A DNA stretch of 63,650 bases, the filler included, from Asterionella formosa (taxonomy: Eukaryota), in assembly GCA_002256025.1 (NCBI GenBank). It is 14 parts of 14 records of this genome, joined end to end, with 100 filler letters (N's around TTAATTAATTAA, not from the genome) between each part and the next. Parts side by side here need not be neighbours in the genome. Positions count along the whole stretch, not along the records: positions 44,438 to 61,349 come from NKIB01004679.1; positions 61,450 to 62,500 come from NKIB01004680.1; positions 62,601 to 63,650 come from NKIB01004681.1; 11 more parts are not named here. One strand, given 5' to 3'. The translations under genes were made by a program, and so were the position numbers. The notes below the pieces were generated by a model. The model was not told where the DNA came from. It did not search any database and saw nothing but the letters and a program-made list of their open reading frames with translations. Below are positions 57,229-63,650 of this stretch, one piece after another (position 1 is the stretch's first letter; every line of letters begins with the position of its first letter).

Positions 57229-59184
57229 TTAACCAACCAGATCATCAGTTACATTTTAAGATATACCTTGCTTGTTTGCTTTGGATATGCCCATACAACG
57301 TATACATTGATTTAGACCCAATAACTCATTTGCAAAACCAATACAATATGAGGATGATAATTTTAAGGTTAATAGAAAACTAATACCTATAATAGTGTGT
57401 TCTTTTGCCAATGGTACTAATTATTTTGCTATTTTAACAACACACGAATACATTATTGAGTAATACAGCAAAAAAGAATTTCTGAAATTTTTTGAATTGT
57501 GTTGGTTTCTAGTCCAAGCATTGCCATCATAGCAATTTACCAATCCCTTACAATCAGTCAATCCGAATTGGAGCGCTCATAACGATGTTGACAGTGAAGC
57601 ACTTCAATGACAGAAACAAGAGCACGGTTGAGGAAATGCATTCACAAACAAAAGAACAACAAACCATCACCATCCAATTTGGACTACTTACATCATTTTG
57701 CATGAAACAACCGGAACTGACTGATTCCTTTCCAATCACTTAACAATTCACTGATCCTTCAATTGCATCAAAAGGAGCATTTAGACAGACATGGTGACTC
57801 TGAAGTACTCCTGAATTGAACAGAATCACGATGATAGATGAGAAATAATGCACAGGCGATTTTTGCTATGTCCAAGAAAGTCGCAGGACCTACATGCTAT
57901 TGCATAAAGCAATTTCAATTTCTTAAGCTTAGCACCTTATCTATTATTATGAGTATTCCCTATACAACCGGTGGAGATGAGTGAAACTGTGAGGCAATGC
58001 ATGCTTTCCGCACATCGTTGTAAATGATAAGAAAGAGAACTTGGAGGCATTATTTTTGTGATGTCAATAAATAGCATTAGTGATGATTTCCCAGTTTATA
58101 TACTATGCTATTATACACATTCAGTACAGAATAATTTGAGTGAGAACAAGTCAAATGCCAGATAGATACATTGAAAATTTGACAGTATACATTACTGTAT
58201 GATAATATGAAACACAAAATGACAGTTTTATATGATCAATACACATTGGGTTGAAAACGGAAAAAAAATTGCTCAGACAGAGGAGTACTTTCGTTTCCTG
58301 TATCATAGCTACTCCTCCCCACCATGGTACCTAGTACCTAGTACCTTGTACCCCGTGAAGTATCTAACTAGAAGTAGTAGTATTTGTTGAATATATGGGC
58401 TTATTAGTTAATCCTTGTGTGCAACTCGATCTCCTAGGTTGACACTAAAGTATTCAAATAGGTGTTCCAGCAAGTGATGAATTTGTCTGCAAATAAAAAC
58501 TATCATATTTCCATGATGCATCATAGGATTGTGATCATCTGATCATAATATTTCGTTATATCATCTAATAATTTTGACAAATGCCCTTGTAATTTAAATA
58601 GTAACCCTTTTGACTACATATATTTAATTTTTATATGTATTGTTTCTATTATATTCCTGCATTCGAATTTCTTGGTAGGATAATGTACCACCTGAAGTAA
58701 TGTAATTTGGCTCGTCATTTCCATCCGTCATCACTCTGATTTTTGCAACAACAGCGAATACTAGCGATGACAAGTGGAATGATTGTTTGCGATAACGAAG
58801 TCTTCAATTCTTGGTCATGTGATCATTATATCTTTAAGTAATCGTCATATGCAGTGAAACTTTGTTCATAATCATTCAATTCAGATTTTACAGAGAAGAA
58901 ATCATTCAAACTCGTAATGGTTCCGCACACAGCGCACATTGTAAATCCGTTTTGTCGACCACCAGCATTACAATCTCGCCAATCAACCCGTAAACAAACA
59001 CATTCTACTTGTTCTTGTTGACATTTTCAATTCTCACATGATACTACATCTACTATTGAGATTCAGTATAGAAGGAGATACGAAAATGTAACAGCAGACT
59101 ACTGTCCACATAGCTATAGTTATAGAATGATTCTGATTATAATTTCTTTTTCATGTCGCTCGTTTCTGCATTTGGCATGCTGTA

Positions 59185-59600
59185 CTTGTATTTACTATTG
59201 AACTTGTCCGCATCTTTGATACCATCAAGAGAGCGAAAGCAAGTGGCTCTCTTCATTGTTCTTTGCTCGTAGGAAATGTTTGATATCCGTATCATCATTT
59301 GCTTGTTGGAACTGTCCGTTGCCTCAAACCTGCTTGGCTTGTGCGTACACACTGCCGACTTGTTTTCATTGGTATGTTGTTCTTGTATTCACTGTTGAAC
59401 TTGTCCGCATCTTTGTTACCATCAATAGAGTGACAAGTGGGTCTCTTCATTGTTTTTTGCTCCTGGAAAAGTCGGTGTCCGTGTCATTCTCATCAATAGA
59501 GGGACAAGTGTCCTTCATCATTGCCGTGTGCCACTGGAAAAATTGGTACCCGTGGTATCATCATTCGCTCGTTGGAACCACTGTCCGTTGCCTCAAAGCT
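59185..59600. repeat. Imperfect direct duplication, about 195-bp offset
   Basis: TTGAACTTGTCCGCATCTTTG..ACCATCAA..CTCTTCATTGTT..TATCATCATT..CTGTCCGTTGCCTCAAA present twice. Confidence 0.8.
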
Positions 59601-61451
59601 GATTAGCGTGTGTGTATGTGCACTGTAGACTTGTGTACATTACAGGAGTGACTTAGCTACTAAAGTGCGTGTTATAATATCATACTCCATAGCACGATGC
59701 AGAACACTAAAGTTCCCAATCATCTAATCATGATTGATAAGATGAAAATGTGATATCACGATAGGTTTACATCGATGCATACATCACCAAAGTATGATAT
59801 GTAATATTGAATAAATTATATCACATAGCTATGATGCATTGATCATAGAACTGTGATGATTTCTTAAAATGTTTATGATATAATTTTGATCAAAATATGA
59901 TCATGTTAAAATAATACAATGACGAAAAATACGATAAAATATATATGCAAATGTTATCGATACATCATAAAAAATAAATGAAAAAATCATAAAATATGTT
60001 ACTTAATATATATATATTCGACTTTTAATGTGTACAGTAAAAGCCAACAGTTAATATGATAGTATTATACAGTGTAAAGGATCTAAGTATACGGATGCGT
60101 TGATATGTACATCACTATAATATGATTTGTGATATGTATTGATGCATATCACATACCGGTATCCTCAACAACCAGCCATCACGTTCATTGTTCTATCGTT
60201 TTTCCTTGTTAAAGCTATATATATGCCGGCATGTGTATTGTGTAAACACTACTCTGGCGGCACATGCATATTACACTGCTGTGCTCTGTTCAACAATTAC
60301 TACACTCGGTTACCATCACACCAGCTGCACCTCCACAAGCGCCGCAAAAAGCTCCGCGTTTCCCTTCCACTGTTTTAAATCATAGTCTTCTGGCCCTTTG
60401 ACAACTTTCCAAATGGCATTTCATGGATTTCATGCAAAGGATCAGTGAAACAAGAAACGTGACTTACTTCCATTGTTTACACTACACGACTTTATGTTTC
60501 CGGAAAAGAAGATGAAGAAACTTATAAAATCAATCGAAGATTCCTTTGAATACACTTAAAGATTGATAAGATGAATTTGAACAGATTCATAATACTCCAG
60601 AAAAAATAATGAAGCAAGTATGCCGATACAATAGTGGCAGAGACTGAAAAGAAGGAAAGATTGCTTTCGAAGAGCAAAGGAAAACCAAACAGTTTTTCTT
60701 CGCGGATGAAGACTCTATTCCTACAGAGTCACAGTTCCATCCAGTGTCGTAATTTTTTCCTCATTCTCCTGAAATCGTTGATAATGAAGAAGAAATCAGT
60801 GATTCTCATTCATTGATTGAACAAATTCATGCGATAAATGAAAATACTGGCGGAAATGTGGGAGACATGCATCACTTCTGAAGTAGAAATGGTTGAAAAG
60901 GTGCAAAACAAAGAAATATGTCTCACTATTCGTCCAAACCATGCATCAAGATGAACATCATAAAACCAGAGCAGAGAAACTATTGCATTTCTAAAAGAAA
61001 AGCAATATATTCAAGAAAAAGTCCGAGCTAGATCAAGACCTCGAATTCAAGAAGATCAATGCAGACAGAGATTGGCTGTGATGCTGGCTAAGGCAGTTGA
61101 TGCACTGAGTCGGGAATGAAGTTTGAAGAAAAAAATTGAATCGTTTTCCAAATCATACACGGAAAAAAAAAGTTTAGGATTTCTTTGTAAAATCATCGAG
61201 AACAATCCCGAAGGCAGCTAGACTACTTTTGTGAAGAGTCAGCATATGAAATGTGTAGAGTTATTATGCCAAAGAAAACTGCATTTTGCTTGAGTTTGCC
61301 GAAAACTCATGGACAACTAAAATTGTGGAAAGATTTGTACGCACGTACCNNNNNNNNNNNNNNNNNNNNNNNNNNNNNNNNNNNNNNNNNNNNTTAATTA
61401 ATTAANNNNNNNNNNNNNNNNNNNNNNNNNNNNNNNNNNNNNNNNNNNNAT

Positions 61452-61976
61452 CTTGCTCAGTCAGTCAGTAACCCCAATATATATGCTGTTGGTGATTGCG
61501 TGGCAGGAGTTCCTAGACTGACGCATATGAGTGGCGAAATGGCAAAGCAAGTGGTGCAAAATGCATTGTTCAATGATACTTGGAAGCTCAGTGACTTTGT
61601 AGTACCTGCAGTAATGTACACGGAACCAGAATATGCAACTGTAGGTATTGCTTCTCAAGACCAAGCCGACAAGAGGGGCATTGCTGTGGACGTCTACCGA
61701 GCAGGATTGGAACACAACGATCGGGCAATACTAGAAAGTGACAATCGAGGCTTTTGTAAGATTTTCTGCAAAAAGGGCACTGACGAGATTATAGGGGCGA
61801 CGCTGGTAGCAGCACGGGCTGGTGAAATGATAAATGAAGTGACTTTGGCTATGCGGCACAATATTGGACTCCGGGGAATTGGACGGAATATTCATGCATA
61901 CCCTACTACTGGAGAGGCAGTTATGGGGTGCGGAATTCAATTCATTAACTCACGGTGGGAGCGAATCAATTCTTAG
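61452..61976 (+). CDS. C-terminal part of a pyridine nucleotide-disulfide oxidoreductase (MerA/Lpd-like)
   Basis: NIYAVGDC, YTEPEYATVG, NDRAIL, IIGATLV..AGEMINE, IHAYPTTGE. No C-terminal Cys-Cys pair. Confidence 0.85.
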   Translation, partial: LAQSVSNPNIYAVGDCVAGVPRLTHMSGEMAKQVVQNALFNDTWKLSDFVVPAVMYTEPEYATVGIASQDQADKRGIAVDVYRAGLEHNDRAILESDNRGFCKIFCKKGTDEIIGATLVAARAGEMINEVTLAMRHNIGLRGIGRNIHAYPTTGEAVMGCGIQFINSRWERINS

Positions 61977-62217
61977 TGTCAAGTTTATTCACGACTAAAA
62001 GTACCTGGTTTTTTCCTCAAGGTGCCAATTCACTTTTTGTTATGCTTAATTTTTGACCAAATAGTGTACTTGAGTATGACGGAGTTTGAAAATCGAATCC
62101 ATCATTCACCTGCACGATATTAGCCTCAAGTCTATTCGATTCGCACAGTAAATAAACTGAATCTGCTTGGAAGGTAATGGTACGCTTGTATTTTTGATAT
62201 CAAGAAAAACTAAATTT

Positions 62218-62499
62218 CTACTCAATATTCGGTACATCGAGAAACATCTCCCCTCTTTCGTGTGTATCACACACGTTTGAATCATTCTCATTAATGTCAA
62301 ACTTAGTGTCTCCTTCGAGCGAATTCATTGAAAGAGCATCTCGTTCCAACGGATCGGGATAATACCAAACAACCAAGGATGAAGTTTCTTTCTGGGTTGC
62401 CACAGCCCTCTCGATCTCACGATGTTTGAGGATTGATTCCCGTTCTCTCCATCCATAATCGTAGACTTCGTCTTCATGAGTCTGTATCTTGTTAGCAAC
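62218..62499 (-). CDS. C-terminal part of an unknown protein
   Basis: Frame open from the contig edge (VANKIQTHEDEVYDYGWRERESILKHREIERAVATQKE...) to the stop at 62218; convergent with the reductase. Confidence 0.35.
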   Translation of the reverse strand, partial: VANKIQTHEDEVYDYGWRERESILKHREIERAVATQKETSSLVVWYYPDPLERDALSMNSLEGDTKFDINENDSNVCDTHERGEMFLDVPNIE

Positions 62500-63650
62500 T
62501 NNNNNNNNNNNNNNNNNNNNNNNNNNNNNNNNNNNNNNNNNNNNTTAATTAATTAANNNNNNNNNNNNNNNNNNNNNNNNNNNNNNNNNNNNNNNNNNNN
62601 GTGCACAAAAGACAGTACAATTTTAATCGACTGGCTGATACTTAGTTGTGAGACTCACCATTCTGCAATGGGGTGGACTTTGATCATTGCTTCGTTCAAA
62701 GCACAATCAATTCGAATGCTGTCCAGTGAAACAGCCAATGAAAACAATTGTAGCGAAAAAGCGCAGAACAGATCAAGAGATTTCATAGGAATTAAAATAA
62801 CTGGGCATATATGATGCACTGCTCCTTGTGTAGACTAGCTATATTTGATCATTTCCATATTTCATACTATACAGGTGCAGCATGGATGACTCCTCCCGCC
62901 CTTTCATTAGATATGCGGCCATATTGCGATAATTCTACAGGACCTATAGGATTGGTCGTCTGGTGGTCATCACTCCCGCATTGTATATACCAGTAGGAGT
63001 CATGTATGCATGCATGCTGCGATAATTCTTACAAGACATAAAAATTTGGTAGCTTGGGAGTTATCACTTCCGTACTGTATACAGGGGAGGAAGGGGTTGC
63101 ATGCAAAAGCAACGACTACTCCGGTATAAACTATGATCTTCAATCGATGATTCTTGATTTGTTTATCCTATAACTTTGATCATAACATATTGATCATATG
63201 ATGAACGGTGTCGTTGATGAGAAAATGAACAATCAACATTTATTTTCAAGAATCAGGATTAATTGATCTTAAAAATATGATCAAATGATCCTAAACACAT
63301 GAGCATATTCAGATTTTCGCTGCACTATTGTGGTATTTCCATGATGGAAGTAATTACCAGCAATTATACAGTACTACCGGTAGGCCATATGAATTTTGGT
63401 CAATATGTCTATATACATAAATGTATGATTTCGACCATTTGAAAAATTGGTGATGACTCCCGTTTATTAAGGGGCTTAATTTAATCAGCCACTGACTTGT
63501 AGGTACAAGAATTGACACAAAAAAAGCTCAACAGGTCGTGGAAAACTATGAACTCATCATGCATTGTATATATTTGAATTATGTATAATCAAAATTGATA
63601 TTAGTATACACAGGATGTGCCGTATAATGAGCGTGTTCAAAACTATGCAA

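Noticed and set aside
60420..61349. Purine-rich decayed ORF
   Set aside because: Multiple stops and frameshifts with no identifiable domain.
1..63650. tRNA or rRNA genes
   Set aside because: None recognised by eye; a tRNAscan-SE/Infernal run would be needed to exclude them.

Overview
This is not one chromosome segment. It is a concatenation of 14 assembly contigs joined by an artificial 100-bp linker (N44-TTAATTAATTAA-N44): three of about 16.9 kb and eleven of about 1.05 kb. Most sequence looks like a repeat-rich diatom or other stramenopile nuclear genome (short GT-AG introns, diatom-type copia elements, signal-peptide-bearing proteins). Host genes: a reeler-like GPI-type surface protein, bacterial-type class I aldolase, dihydroxyacetone kinase, presenilin, COG8, TRM61, 2-oxoglutarate dehydrogenase E1, a kelch protein, a signal-peptide-bearing proteasome alpha-like protein, a SERGT/HPAT-like glycosyltransferase fragment and a MerA/Lpd-like reductase fragment. 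Two small contigs are alphaproteobacterial (nuoG; TonB-dependent receptor). Intergenic DNA is dense with mobile elements: Ty1/copia remnants and an LTR, PIF/Harbinger transposases and a MITE with TTA target duplication, a decayed Plavaka-type transposase, a Crypton-type tyrosine recombinase, fold-back elements, and a TIR-bounded element carrying a host adhesin-gene fragment. The most distinctive signal is stacked TA-(C..G)-TA arrays (TA-CCWGG-TA, TA-CCGG-TA) piled up upstream of host genes. In-window homologous pairs show these as gains at single TA sites, consistent with repeated transposon excision footprints. All family calls come from motif recognition by eye; no database search was run.
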